Below are positions 19,004 to 28,272 of a stretch of 64,000 nt of DNA, piece by piece. The stretch comes from Gemmatimonadota bacterium. Its GTDB lineage: Bacteria > Gemmatimonadota > Gemmatimonadetes > Gemmatimonadales > Gemmatimonadaceae. How positions within the stretch are numbered: position 1 is the stretch's first letter; the number at the start of each line of letters is the position of its first letter. Location: positions 32,001 through 96,000 of the forward strand of contig JAZJZK010000020.1 in assembly GCA_040389905.1 (NCBI GenBank). Direction: 5' to 3'. The notes under the pieces were generated by a model, which was not told the DNA's origin, searched no databases, and was given only the letters and a program-made list of their open reading frames with translations. The translations under genes and the position numbers were made by a program.

Positions 19004-19426
19004 TGCATCGTCGCGGCAAGGGTTCGCGACAGATGATTCGGTCGCGTTCCCACGAGCATCACCGGCATCGGCGCACGCACACTGGCAGCTCCTGTGTGTC
19101 GAAATTGAATTGACGTTTAACAATATCTCACAGCAGCCGCGCGGCAAAGGACGACCGCGCATGCGACCACGGTCCCGACAGAGCCCGCCGGAACGAGCAA
19201 TTGTCGCGACACGCCGTCGCGCGCGGCGCTCACGAACGCCAACGAGGAGAAGGGAAGATAGAGCCCGATTGCGGTGCCCAGGCCGGGCGACAGCTGCCGC
19301 GTGGCGATGGTGGGGATGATGTGAAAACACACGCCGCTCGCCCAGTCGCCATGCTCGGAACCTCTCGCGGGAATCGAGTTTGCAAGTAACTTGATTTCGT
19401 ATCCAACCGTCAGGCGACCCCACCGC

Positions 19427-20956
19427 ATGCGGCTCTGTATCCCCTTCCTTCTCGCAGGGCTCGCCGCGCCCGTGGCGGCGCAGTCAGCGGACACCGTGCG
19501 CCGCGCGCCCGCAAGCAGCGTCAGCGGAGTCGTGCGCGACAGCATCGCGCGACAACCACTCGCCGGCGCGACGGTACAGATCGTCACCGCCGACAGCCTC
19601 GCGCGCGTCGCGCGAACGGTCATCTCCGACTCACTCGGCCGCTACACGTTCAGCGAGCTACCGCCGGGACGCTACACGCTCGGCTTCTTCCACACGATGC
19701 TCGATTCGCTTGGCCTGGAGCCAACCTTGCGCCAGGTGCATGTACCGGGCGATCGATCAGTGCATGCGGACCTCGCGATTCCCTCCGCAGAACGCATCCG
19801 CACGACAATCTGCGGCCCGCGGTCCGCGCTGGATTCCGCAGCCGTGCTGATCGGCGTTGTGCGGAGTGTGCGCGATGGCGCCCCCGCGGCTGGCGCGACG
19901 GTCACCGGTGAGTGGACAGAGCTCACCCTCAACCGAGCGCGCGTCGTACAACGCGTGCCACGGCTCGTTGCAACAACGGCCGAGAATGGCTGGTTTGCGA
20001 TGTGTGACGTGCCCAGCTCAGGGACGATGGCGCTGATGGCGCACCGCGGCGGAGATAGCACTGATGTCGTCGAGCTCCAGTTGCCACCCGGCGGATTCTT
20101 CCGACGCGAACTCTATCTCGGCTCAGCGGGGATAGTCGTGCCGGATGTGACGGAGCGTTCCGACTCACTCGCGCCGGCACCGCGCGCGGTCCGGAAAGGA
20201 AGCGGGCGGCTCACCGGCGTTGTGCTCGCGTCCGTTGATCGGCGACCGCTGCAAGGTGCTCGGGTGAACATTGCCGGAGGCGCGGAGACGACGTCGAACG
20301 AGCGCGGCGAGTTTACGCTGCTCGACGCGCCCGTGGGCACACGCATGCTGGAGGTGCGGGCGATCGGCTACTATCCGGAGCGGCGGCGCGTGGACGTTAT
20401 CGACGGCGCGCCGGCCGTGCGCCTCGAGCTTTCGACGCTCAAGGCCGTGCTCGACACGCTGCGAGTGACCGCCGTCCGGAACCGTCAGGACAACGGTTTC
20501 GCCCAGCGGCGGCGCTCCGGCATCGGCGTGTACCTGACGCCCACGGACATCGGACGGCACGCTCCACTCGAGGCGTCCCGCATCTTCACGACGGTTCGTG
20601 GCGTTCGCTTGACTGAACCACCGAACAGCCGCTTCATCATGCGCGGCATCACGTCGTTGTGGTGCGCCCCAACAGTCTATCTCGACGGCCACGCGATCTT
20701 CGATCTCTCCGCGGACGAGCTGAACGTCGCGGTACGCGTGGAAGAGATCGTCGGCATTGAGATCTACGCGGAGCCCGGCGGGATACCGGCGGGCTTCGCG
20801 CAGGGCCTTATGGGAGGGTTGGACATGAACGGCACGGGTGCCTCCGCGCTTCAGGCGGGAGCCGCGCAGTCGAGCCGCTCGCGCGCGCCGGAGCTGGAGG
20901 CCAGTGGCGTCGGGTCACGCGACCCATGCGGGAGCATCCTTGTCTGGACGCGGTAA
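19427..20956 (+). CDS. Exported protein with repeated carboxypeptidase-regulatory-like domains and C-terminal TonB-plug-like domain
   Basis: Signal peptide; GVVRDS..PLAGATV, SDSLGRYTF..LPPGRYTL; GFAQRRR.G.G.YL; CAP.VYLDG; GIEIY; CGSILVWTR. Confidence 0.78.
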   Translation: MRLCIPFLLAGLAAPVAAQSADTVRRAPASSVSGVVRDSIARQPLAGATVQIVTADSLARVARTVISDSLGRYTFSELPPGRYTLGFFHTMLDSLGLEPTLRQVHVPGDRSVHADLAIPSAERIRTTICGPRSALDSAAVLIGVVRSVRDGAPAAGATVTGEWTELTLNRARVVQRVPRLVATTAENGWFAMCDVPSSGTMALMAHRGGDSTDVVELQLPPGGFFRRELYLGSAGIVVPDVTERSDSLAPAPRAVRKGSGRLTGVVLASVDRRPLQGARVNIAGGAETTSNERGEFTLLDAPVGTRMLEVRAIGYYPERRRVDVIDGAPAVRLELSTLKAVLDTLRVTAVRNRQDNGFAQRRRSGIGVYLTPTDIGRHAPLEASRIFTTVRGVRLTEPPNSRFIMRGITSLWCAPTVYLDGHAIFDLSADELNVAVRVEEIVGIEIYAEPGGIPAGFAQGLMGGLDMNGTGASALQAGAAQSSRSRAPELEASGVGSRDPCGSILVWTR

Positions 20957-20993
20957 GCAGCAGCTATGCCCTCGCTTGGGGTGATAAGCGCTC

Positions 20994-22151
20994 TCATGGC
21001 CTCCGCGGCACCGCGAGCACGGCATCAAACGCCGGCTTCGGCTTGCGATCGCGCCCGAAGAGCAGCGGATAGTTCATGCGCCCCGGTATCGGATAGCCGT
21101 TCTTCCACGACGCACCATCGTGCACGCCCCAGAAGGTGACGCGGTCGATCTTGTCGCGCTTCTTGTAGAAGATGCCGAACAGTTCGGCGTAGCGATCCGC
21201 GAGCTGCTTCTGTACGTCCGGCGGTAGTCCGCCGCGATAGGGATCGAGGTACGTCTTGAATTCCTCGAGCTGGAACTGCGGGTCGCTCATGACCTGGCCG
21301 ATGATCTGTCCTTCTCGGGTCAGCGGAAGGACATCGACGTCCATTTCGGTGATCATGACCTTCATGCCGACGTTCGCGAAGGAATCGATTGCGGCCTCGA
21401 TGTACTCGGTCTTGGGAAAGTTCAGCCCCCAGTGGCCCTGCATGCCCACACCGTCGATGCGGATGCCTTCCTTCTTCAACATGCGCACCAGCCGGACGAT
21501 GCCATCGCGCTTGGTCGGACGCCACGCATTGAAGTCGTTGTAGTAGAGTTCCGTGCCGGGGGCGTACTGCTGGGCATACTTGAACGCGTACTTCACGAGC
21601 GTATCGCCATTGCCGATGGCGTTGACCCACGTCGTCTTGCGATACGACCCATCGTTGTCGATGACTTCGTTGACGACATCCCAGCCGCCGACGCGCCCCT
21701 TGTATCGACCGGCAACCGCCTCGATATAGCCGCGCAGACGCTCGAGCTGCACGTCGCTCGGATTTGGTTTGCCGTCCTTGTCCAGGAAAAACCACGCGGG
21801 CGTGGAGTTGTGCCACACCAACGTGTGGCCGACGACGAACATACCGTTCTTCTCGCCGAACTCCACATACGCATCGGCGGGGCCCCAGTTGAAGACGCCA
21901 GGCTGTGGGTTGATGGACTGGTGCTTCATGACGTTTTCCGGCGAGATCGTATTGAACTGCTTCAACACGATGTTCCGCGTAGCGGTGTCGTTGCCCGAGA
22001 TCACGCCCGGGTTCAGCGCACTGCCGATGAGAAATGCATCGCGGTACGCGTCTTTCAGCGTAGCCCCCTGGGCGTTCACGGTGCTCGCGCTGGCAGCGAC
22101 GAACATCGCGATGCACGCGTGGAGAAGTCGGCTCTTCATCATCGGCAGCAT
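20994..22151 (-). CDS. GH10 endo-1,4-beta-xylanase, secreted
   Basis: ENVMK, GHTLVWH, WDVVNE (acid/base), YNDFN, IDGVGMQGH, ITEMD (nucleophile), TFWG. Confidence 0.93.
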   Translation of the reverse strand: MLPMMKSRLLHACIAMFVAASASTVNAQGATLKDAYRDAFLIGSALNPGVISGNDTATRNIVLKQFNTISPENVMKHQSINPQPGVFNWGPADAYVEFGEKNGMFVVGHTLVWHNSTPAWFFLDKDGKPNPSDVQLERLRGYIEAVAGRYKGRVGGWDVVNEVIDNDGSYRKTTWVNAIGNGDTLVKYAFKYAQQYAPGTELYYNDFNAWRPTKRDGIVRLVRMLKKEGIRIDGVGMQGHWGLNFPKTEYIEAAIDSFANVGMKVMITEMDVDVLPLTREGQIIGQVMSDPQFQLEEFKTYLDPYRGGLPPDVQKQLADRYAELFGIFYKKRDKIDRVTFWGVHDGASWKNGYPIPGRMNYPLLFGRDRKPKPAFDAVLAVPRRP

Positions 22152-22245
22152 TATTGAGGGTCCAGCGAGCAACGGATTCGCTAAGCTAGGCGCCAATGCC
22201 GCGCGAGCAAGTCATCCGGTTTTCTGCACAGTACTGCGATCGAGC

Positions 22246-22281
22246 AGGTGCAGGCCCTTCGCTTCGCTCAAGGGCGACAAA
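22246..22281. repeat. REP-like element (same family as copies inside wspC)
   Basis: Reverse complement tttgtcgcccttgagcgaagcgaagggcctgcacct versus tttgtcgccctgagcgtagcgaagggcctgcacct at 50617-50651. Confidence 0.85.
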
Positions 22282-22404
22282 CAGACGGAACGACAACTGA
22301 TCGAGGAGCGGATTTCTCGAATGCAACGGAAACAACCAGCTCACGCGCTGAGAGAAACAGATTCGGCTGGCCGCGATGGGTTGCGCCTTGCGGCTTCCCT
22401 CGAT

Positions 22405-22566
22405 CGGAAGCGAAGTCGCGCCTCTCGGAGCTCGTACAGCGTGCTGCTCGTGGTGAGGAGATCATTATCGCTCGGAACGGACGATTTCGACGCGCCCCTA
22501 CCGCCGAACGTCCTCGCCGCATTCGAGGGAGGCGATGCTTGAAACCGCTGTTTACTTGACACGGGT
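22405..22566 (+). pseudogene. Decayed Phd/YefM antitoxin with possible remnant of a PIN toxin start
   Basis: EAKSRLSELVQRAARGEEIIIARNG in one frame, DDFDAPLPPNVLAAFEG* in another; no start codon; followed by TTG AAA and an out-of-frame LLDT. Confidence 0.72.
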
Positions 22567-22619
22567 GCGCTGCAGCGGCTTCAGGCATTTCGACAGCCTG
22601 GACTGCCTGAACCCCATGG

Positions 22620-22812
22620 GAACGCGGATTGAGCGGATCTGAACCGAAAAACGGAGATTTGCTCTGCGACCATGGCGACTGGCTCGCACCAACACCGGCC
22701 GATGCACCAGCACAGAACTGACCTTTGAATGCGATGGGCTGGCCTCGGGTCTCCGAAACCAGCCCGTGTGCTCTATCGTTTTTCTTCTTTTCCATCCGCT
22801 CAATCCGCGTTC
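22620..22812. repeat. Perfect 19-bp inverted repeat enclosing 155 bp
   Basis: GAACGCGGATTGAGCGGAT (22620-22638) and ATCCGCTCAATCCGCGTTC (22794-22812). Confidence 0.85.
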
Positions 22813-22867
22813 ACTGGGGTTGCAGTTGCGGTTAGACCGCAGCCGACCGGACCACTATCTTCTGCAC

Positions 22868-23788
22868 ATGACAAATCTCGCTCGAAGGGTGCTAGCAGGC
22901 GTCGCACTGACAGTGGTCGCGGCGGCACCCGCACGCGCACAGGCCGCGCGCCTCACCGTTACTGCAGATGATGGCCACTCGCTTGTGGTATGGGAGAGGC
23001 ATCCGGCCGGCGCACCGCGCGGCGAGATCATCCTGCTACACGGCCGCACGTGGAGCGCGCGCCCCAACTTCGACCTGCGCGTGCCGGGAAAGAACGTCTC
23101 GCTGATCGATGCGCTCGTCGCGCGCGGGTACGCCGTGTACGCACTCGACCAACGCGGCTATGGCGCGACGGCACGCGACAAGACCGGTTGGCTCACGCCC
23201 GATCGCGCGGAAAAGGACGCCGAGAACGTGGCCGATTGGGTCGCGGCGCGTGCGCCGGACAAGCGCAAACCCGCGCTCTTTGGTTACTCGCGCGGATCGG
23301 CAACGGTGATGCTCGCCGCGCAGCGGCATCCAGCGAAAGTGTCCGGCTTGATCCTGTACGGTTTCTACTACGACATCACCGGCACACCCGATCTCATCGT
23401 GGAACCGTCGAAGCCACCTCGCGAGCGCACGACGAAGGAAGGTGCCGCCGAGGACTTCATCACACCGGATTCAACTCCGGCCGGCGTGAAGGAGGCGTAC
23501 ATCAGAAGCGCGACAACGCTCGATCCCGTTCGCGTGGACTGGCGGCGCGAGGAGCAGTTCAGGGCACTTGATCCGGCGAAGGTGCATACGCCGACGCTCG
23601 TCATCAACGGCGAGCGTGATCCCTATGCGAAGGACGCCAACATCCCGGCCTTTCTCGCGAAGCTGGGAACGATAGACCACTGGTGGATCGTTCTCGCGAG
23701 TGCGGATCACGTCGCGCACCTCGAGCGACAGGCTGCCTTCGTTCAGGCACTCGTTTCCTTCATGGAGCGCGACGGGAAGCCCCGGTAA
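22868..23788 (+). CDS. Exported alpha/beta hydrolase
   Basis: Signal peptide; LLHG, DQRGYG, GYSRG nucleophile elbow, GERD, ADHVAHLE. Confidence 0.88.
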   Translation: MTNLARRVLAGVALTVVAAAPARAQAARLTVTADDGHSLVVWERHPAGAPRGEIILLHGRTWSARPNFDLRVPGKNVSLIDALVARGYAVYALDQRGYGATARDKTGWLTPDRAEKDAENVADWVAARAPDKRKPALFGYSRGSATVMLAAQRHPAKVSGLILYGFYYDITGTPDLIVEPSKPPRERTTKEGAAEDFITPDSTPAGVKEAYIRSATTLDPVRVDWRREEQFRALDPAKVHTPTLVINGERDPYAKDANIPAFLAKLGTIDHWWIVLASADHVAHLERQAAFVQALVSFMERDGKPR

Positions 23789-24242
23789 AGGGATCTCGGC
23801 AAATCGGACAGGGACCCAATCGCGGCTCGACGCCAAGTGAGAGGGTCACGGGCCCTCGCACGAGGGTCTGGTGGGCGACCGTATCGTTGATGGTCGCGGT
23901 AATCGTCACCGTCTTGGCGCTGGCGTGTCCCGTGAATTGCGCAGGAACGGCGGGGCCGACCTGGATGGGATACGCGCGAACCACGTAACTGCCGGCGACG
24001 CTGAAGTTGCCCTGCGCATCGGCGTTCAGCTTTCCGGAGATGTCACCGAAGGTGCAGCCGACGTGCAGATGGAGCGCGGTGTCGCCAACGATCAGGCCGC
24101 CGCTGTCGCCGCCCCATGTCCCCTCGGCCAACTCACCGGTAAAGGCGGCGTCACTTGTGTCGCTCGCCGAGCACGCCAGCGCGAGTACGATGGCGAGCGC
24201 AACGGCGAGGGTGGCTGGGGCGACTGGGTTGATGCGCTTCAT
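23760..24242 (-). CDS. Hypothetical lipoprotein
   Basis: MKR..ALAC lipobox; GTWGG, C-terminal GPCPIC. Confidence 0.72.
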   Translation of the reverse strand: MKRINPVAPATLAVALAIVLALACSASDTSDAAFTGELAEGTWGGDSGGLIVGDTALHLHVGCTFGDISGKLNADAQGNFSVAGSYVVRAYPIQVGPAVPAQFTGHASAKTVTITATINDTVAHQTLVRGPVTLSLGVEPRLGPCPICRDPFTGASRRAP

Positions 24243-24291
24243 GTTGGACTCCCTGATGACACACTGCCCAACCTCGTTCACCCAGCAACCG

Positions 24292-24876
24292 TCACTCGGT
24301 CGCGCTACCGGTCTGATGCTTTCGGCGAACGAGCACGAACGTCGTGGCATTGTCGGCGCGATCCTCGAGCCCTTCAGCGATGACGACCAGCCCAAATAGC
24401 CTGGCGGCCCATGCTCCTGCGATCGCCGCCACCGTTCGATCTCGGCGAATAGCGACTAGTCGTGCGGCGCCGGCCGTGTCGTGCGCTTCGACGGCTTCGA
24501 TCGCTGGATGTTCGGCCAGAAAGCGTTTGCACTGGAGCAGGGCCATTTGATGGCTGAGCACTTGACGCACGTCGTCGAGCTCCGTGCCCGGTAAACCGAG
24601 CAGCGCGAGGCGAACAGGAAATTGCAGTTCGCGGACCTGTTCGATGGACGTGAAGAGTGACATCGCGTCGATCGACGCATGCACCGGTCCGGCGATGGAA
24701 TTCCGGACCGGCATGACCGCGTAGTCGGCGTGCCCATTCACGACCGCGCGCACGGCGTCATCGAATGTGGCACACGGAAGCAACGTTATCGGCCCTTCCA
24801 CCAATTGCGCTGCCGCGGCCTCGCTGAACGCGCCGCTCTCACCCTGGAATGCGACGATGGGGACGACAGGGCTCAC
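24292..24876 (-). CDS. pheA: Prephenate dehydratase catalytic domain only (no ACT domain)
   Basis: VAFQGESGAFSE.AA, P.RNSIAG.V, V.SH.MAL.QC, DTAGAA, AAIA, EDRADNATTF. Confidence 0.82.
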   Translation of the reverse strand: MSPVVPIVAFQGESGAFSEAAAAQLVEGPITLLPCATFDDAVRAVVNGHADYAVMPVRNSIAGPVHASIDAMSLFTSIEQVRELQFPVRLALLGLPGTELDDVRQVLSHQMALLQCKRFLAEHPAIEAVEAHDTAGAARLVAIRRDRTVAAIAGAWAARLFGLVVIAEGLEDRADNATTFVLVRRKHQTGSATE

Positions 24877-26564
24877 GGCGCGCGATCGACGACGAGTGGA
24901 ATGACCGTCAGGCGACCGGTCACTGGCATGCGGAGAACTGGTAGGTCGCGGCCAGACAGCCTCGCTCGGATCGTGACGCCTGTCTCGAGCCGAGGCGCAC
25001 AGAATTGAAAGAGACCGTTGGTACCCGTCGTGTATCCGCCGATGAGATGGGGAAGCGCGGCCGGCTCACCGCGCTCTTCGATGACGCCCGTTTGCGAGGG
25101 CTCCGTGAACGCGGAGATTTGCACATCGCCAACGAGATTCCCCTTCCGATCGATGGCGCGTCCGAGCACGAAGATGGAGTCGCCAACAGTGTACCGCTTG
25201 TCGCTGAGGCACTTGAGAGCGACGGCTTCTTCGACCGTCTGAATCTTGATGGAATCACGAACCGTCGTGCCGTTTACGGCGAGGAAGTTGTAGGACGTGG
25301 GCAGATCGAAACGAATGGGCTCGAGTCGCGGGTCCACGACGGCGAGCGTGTATGGGCCGTTGACGAGATCCGACAGTTCGAGGAAGCCGGCTGAGTCTAC
25401 CGTCGCACGATACGGCGTATCGGGGATTCTCACGACCGTGCCGGCTGCCGGCTTGCCGTTCGACGTTCGCACGTGTGCCCGCAGCTTCCCGAGGTCCGCG
25501 TGCCACGTTCGTCCATCGGGCCATGTGGCGTGCGCCACAAGTCCACCTCGTTGATAGGCATACAGCCGCTCGACGGTGGGGGTGTTCCTGAACGTCGAGT
25601 CGTAGTGCGCACCGATCAGGCGCATCGACCAGTTGTCGATCATACTGACCGTCGACAGATCGCGGAATGCCACCAAACCGCCGGGATCGAGACGATCGAT
25701 GCGGGAGGGAAAGCCCGCATACCGATACGTCATGTCGCCGATCGAACGCTTGGCGGTGTCGATCCAGATGACGCCGTCGACGTCGATGCGGTTGCGCTTC
25801 GATTCAGCCGCCACAAACCCCAGTCCCACCTGATTGGGACGCGCGCGCTCTGCATCGACGATGCGGAAGCAGTAGCCGAGTGTGAATTCGTCGTCGAGCA
25901 ACACGTCGGCATCCGGCACGAAGAACCACTGCGCATTGGCGTCGTCGCGCATGAAGCCGCGCGTGATGAACTCACCCGCCGTGTAAGCCGCCTGGTACGA
26001 TTTCGGTGCGCGCTCGAGCGAGTCTCTGCGAACGTTCTGCGATGAGATCCTGTCGCTCGTACCGTCCATCTCGCGCTCGAAGTCATACAGGATCAACATC
26101 GGCGGATCGGACTCGCGCTGGACGACACTGGTGAGGAGGCCGGCGCGCGTCTGCTCGAGCAGGGCGGCGGTTGCCCGCTCGTCCTTCCGGCGTGGACAAT
26201 GTGCGTTGGCGAATGTGCGAACGGGCTCGAGGATCGTGGCGAGCCACGCGAGTGTCAGATTCAACTCCGTTACGGTGCCGGCCATTGCGGGCAACGTGAT
26301 GTTCCGCGGCCGGAAGCCAAGACGAACAATCCTGCCGCGCCGCGCCGCGCCCAGAAACGGGATCTGGTAGACACCGACCTCGTTCGACACGCCGCGCATG
26401 ATCGTGGTGCCTGCGGAGTCGATCAGCGAGACGACCGCGCCCATGATTGGCCGCCCGCTGGCGCTGTCGCGTACAACCCCGCGCAGCTGCTGCGCGCTCG
26501 CGTCCACTCCGTTGGAGAGGGCCATTGCAACGACGACGAAGGCGGTCCGGCGAACGAGATGCAT
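24873..26564 (-). CDS. Exported carboxypeptidase-regulatory-like domain protein, tandem paralog C
   Basis: Signal peptide; AQQLRG.VRDSAS, RAGLLTSVVQRESDPP, LLDD.F.LGYCFRI. Confidence 0.8.
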   Translation of the reverse strand: MHLVRRTAFVVVAMALSNGVDASAQQLRGVVRDSASGRPIMGAVVSLIDSAGTTIMRGVSNEVGVYQIPFLGAARRGRIVRLGFRPRNITLPAMAGTVTELNLTLAWLATILEPVRTFANAHCPRRKDERATAALLEQTRAGLLTSVVQRESDPPMLILYDFEREMDGTSDRISSQNVRRDSLERAPKSYQAAYTAGEFITRGFMRDDANAQWFFVPDADVLLDDEFTLGYCFRIVDAERARPNQVGLGFVAAESKRNRIDVDGVIWIDTAKRSIGDMTYRYAGFPSRIDRLDPGGLVAFRDLSTVSMIDNWSMRLIGAHYDSTFRNTPTVERLYAYQRGGLVAHATWPDGRTWHADLGKLRAHVRTSNGKPAAGTVVRIPDTPYRATVDSAGFLELSDLVNGPYTLAVVDPRLEPIRFDLPTSYNFLAVNGTTVRDSIKIQTVEEAVALKCLSDKRYTVGDSIFVLGRAIDRKGNLVGDVQISAFTEPSQTGVIEERGEPAALPHLIGGYTTGTNGLFQFCAPRLETGVTIRARLSGRDLPVLRMPVTGRLTVIPLVVDRAP

Positions 26565-26574
26565 GGTGACAGTC

Positions 26575-28266
26575 TTAGGGATTTGGCTCGATCACAAGTG
26601 GAACGATCGTCAAGTGGCCTGTCACGGGCAACCGGCGCGTGGGTGCCTTCCACTTCTCCTTGCGAGCATGCGCCGTGATCGTCGCGTCGAGCTTTGCGCC
26701 GCAGAACTCGAAAATGCCGTCCGTTCCAGTCGGAAACCCGCCGACGAACCGCCCACTCAAGGTCTGCTTCGTTCGCATGGCGTGAACCGGTAGTGCGTCG
26801 GTGGTGACAGTAACATCGACTTCGGGAACCGGTAGTCCGCGCAGATCGAATATCCGCCCGAACACGAGCGTGGTATCGACCGAGACGAATTGGCGAGTGT
26901 CCTCGCACCGTGCAATTGCCCACTCTTCCGCCGTCTGGATTCTGAGCACTCCAGCGTGTGTGGAGTCATTTGCCGCGAGGAAATCGAACGTCGTCGGAAT
27001 GTCCAGGTTGAGCGGTGCAAGACGCGGGTCGATCACCAGCAACGAATACCGCCCGCTGATGAGATCATCGATGGCGAACATGCCACTCGAATCGACGACC
27101 GCGCGATAGGGCGTATACGGCATATACATCTCCGTTCCCGCTGGAATCCGTCCTTCGGACCCGCGCACGTGGAGACGCAGTTTGCCGAGTGGTGCGTGCC
27201 AGGCGCGACCATCGGACCAGGTCGCGTGAGCGACCTGCCCTCCTTTCTCGAAGGCGAACAACGTTTCCTCGATCCTCGGAGCGTATCCTCCAGCGAAGCG
27301 CACCGTGTCGTAACGCGCTCCAATGATCCGCATCGTCCAGGTGTCGATCAGCGTCTGGCCGTCGGTCAACTCGCGAAAGTTGATCCTCCCGCCGGGATCG
27401 AGCGTCTGGATGCGCCACGGAAACCCGACGTAGCGGTAGTCGATGTCGCGCAGCTCGCGCGCCGCCGTATCGATCCACACCGCTCCGTCGATATCGATGC
27501 GGTCGCGGCGGGAATCCGCCGCGCGGAACCCAAGCCCAATCTGTCGCGGACGCGCTTTCGCCGGATCCATGATCCGAAAGCAATAGCCGAGTGTGAATTG
27601 ATCGTCGAGCAGCACTTCGGCGTCTGGCGCGAAGTACCGCGGGCCTGTGTCCTCGTTCTGCATGAAACCGCGCGTGAGAAAGTCCGTCGCCGAATACACG
27701 GCGACAAACGATCGCGGCACGGCGCCGACGGAGTCGCGGCGGACATCCTGAAACTTGATGCGAGAGCTCGTGCCCTCCATGTTGCGCTCGACATTGTACA
27801 GGATGAGCGACGGCGGATCCGACTCGCGCTGGACGACGCTCGTGAGCAGCCCGGCGCGCGCTTGTTCGAGGAGGGCCTGCGTCGCGGCGGCATCACGGCG
27901 ACGCGGGCAATGCGGATTGGCAAGCGCCACCACCGGCTCGAGGAGCGTCGGCAGCCAGGTAAGGGAGAGATTGAGCTCGGTCACCGTGCCCGTCTTCCCG
28001 GGCAGCCGGATGTCGCGCGGCCGGTATCCGAGTCGCACGACGCGTCCGCGTCGCGCATCGCCTAGAAAGGGAATGTCGTAGATGCCATGCGCGTTCGAGA
28101 CGCCACGCATGATTGGCTTGCCAACAGAGTCGAACAGGGTGATGACCGCGCCGGTGACAGGGCGACGGCTCGCGCTGTCACGAACAGTACCGCGCAGCTG
28201 CTGGGCGCCGACAGGAACTGACGCGGCAAGCATACTGGCACACACCACAATCAGAAGTTTCCGCAT
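26575..28266 (-). CDS. Exported carboxypeptidase-regulatory-like domain protein, tandem paralog B
   Basis: Same motifs as its neighbours; 563 aa. Confidence 0.8.
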   Translation of the reverse strand: MRKLLIVVCASMLAASVPVGAQQLRGTVRDSASRRPVTGAVITLFDSVGKPIMRGVSNAHGIYDIPFLGDARRGRVVRLGYRPRDIRLPGKTGTVTELNLSLTWLPTLLEPVVALANPHCPRRRDAAATQALLEQARAGLLTSVVQRESDPPSLILYNVERNMEGTSSRIKFQDVRRDSVGAVPRSFVAVYSATDFLTRGFMQNEDTGPRYFAPDAEVLLDDQFTLGYCFRIMDPAKARPRQIGLGFRAADSRRDRIDIDGAVWIDTAARELRDIDYRYVGFPWRIQTLDPGGRINFRELTDGQTLIDTWTMRIIGARYDTVRFAGGYAPRIEETLFAFEKGGQVAHATWSDGRAWHAPLGKLRLHVRGSEGRIPAGTEMYMPYTPYRAVVDSSGMFAIDDLISGRYSLLVIDPRLAPLNLDIPTTFDFLAANDSTHAGVLRIQTAEEWAIARCEDTRQFVSVDTTLVFGRIFDLRGLPVPEVDVTVTTDALPVHAMRTKQTLSGRFVGGFPTGTDGIFEFCGAKLDATITAHARKEKWKAPTRRLPVTGHLTIVPLVIEPNP

Positions 28267-28272
28267 GTCGGG

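Noticed and set aside
19368..19385. Sigma-54 promoter-like GG-N10-GC (also at ~29971-29984)
   Set aside because: The -24 element departs from TGGCAC, and chance matches are common in GC-rich DNA.
23760..23788. 29-bp convergent overlap of hydrolase and lipoprotein genes
   Set aside because: Short 3' overlaps are common; no sign of function.
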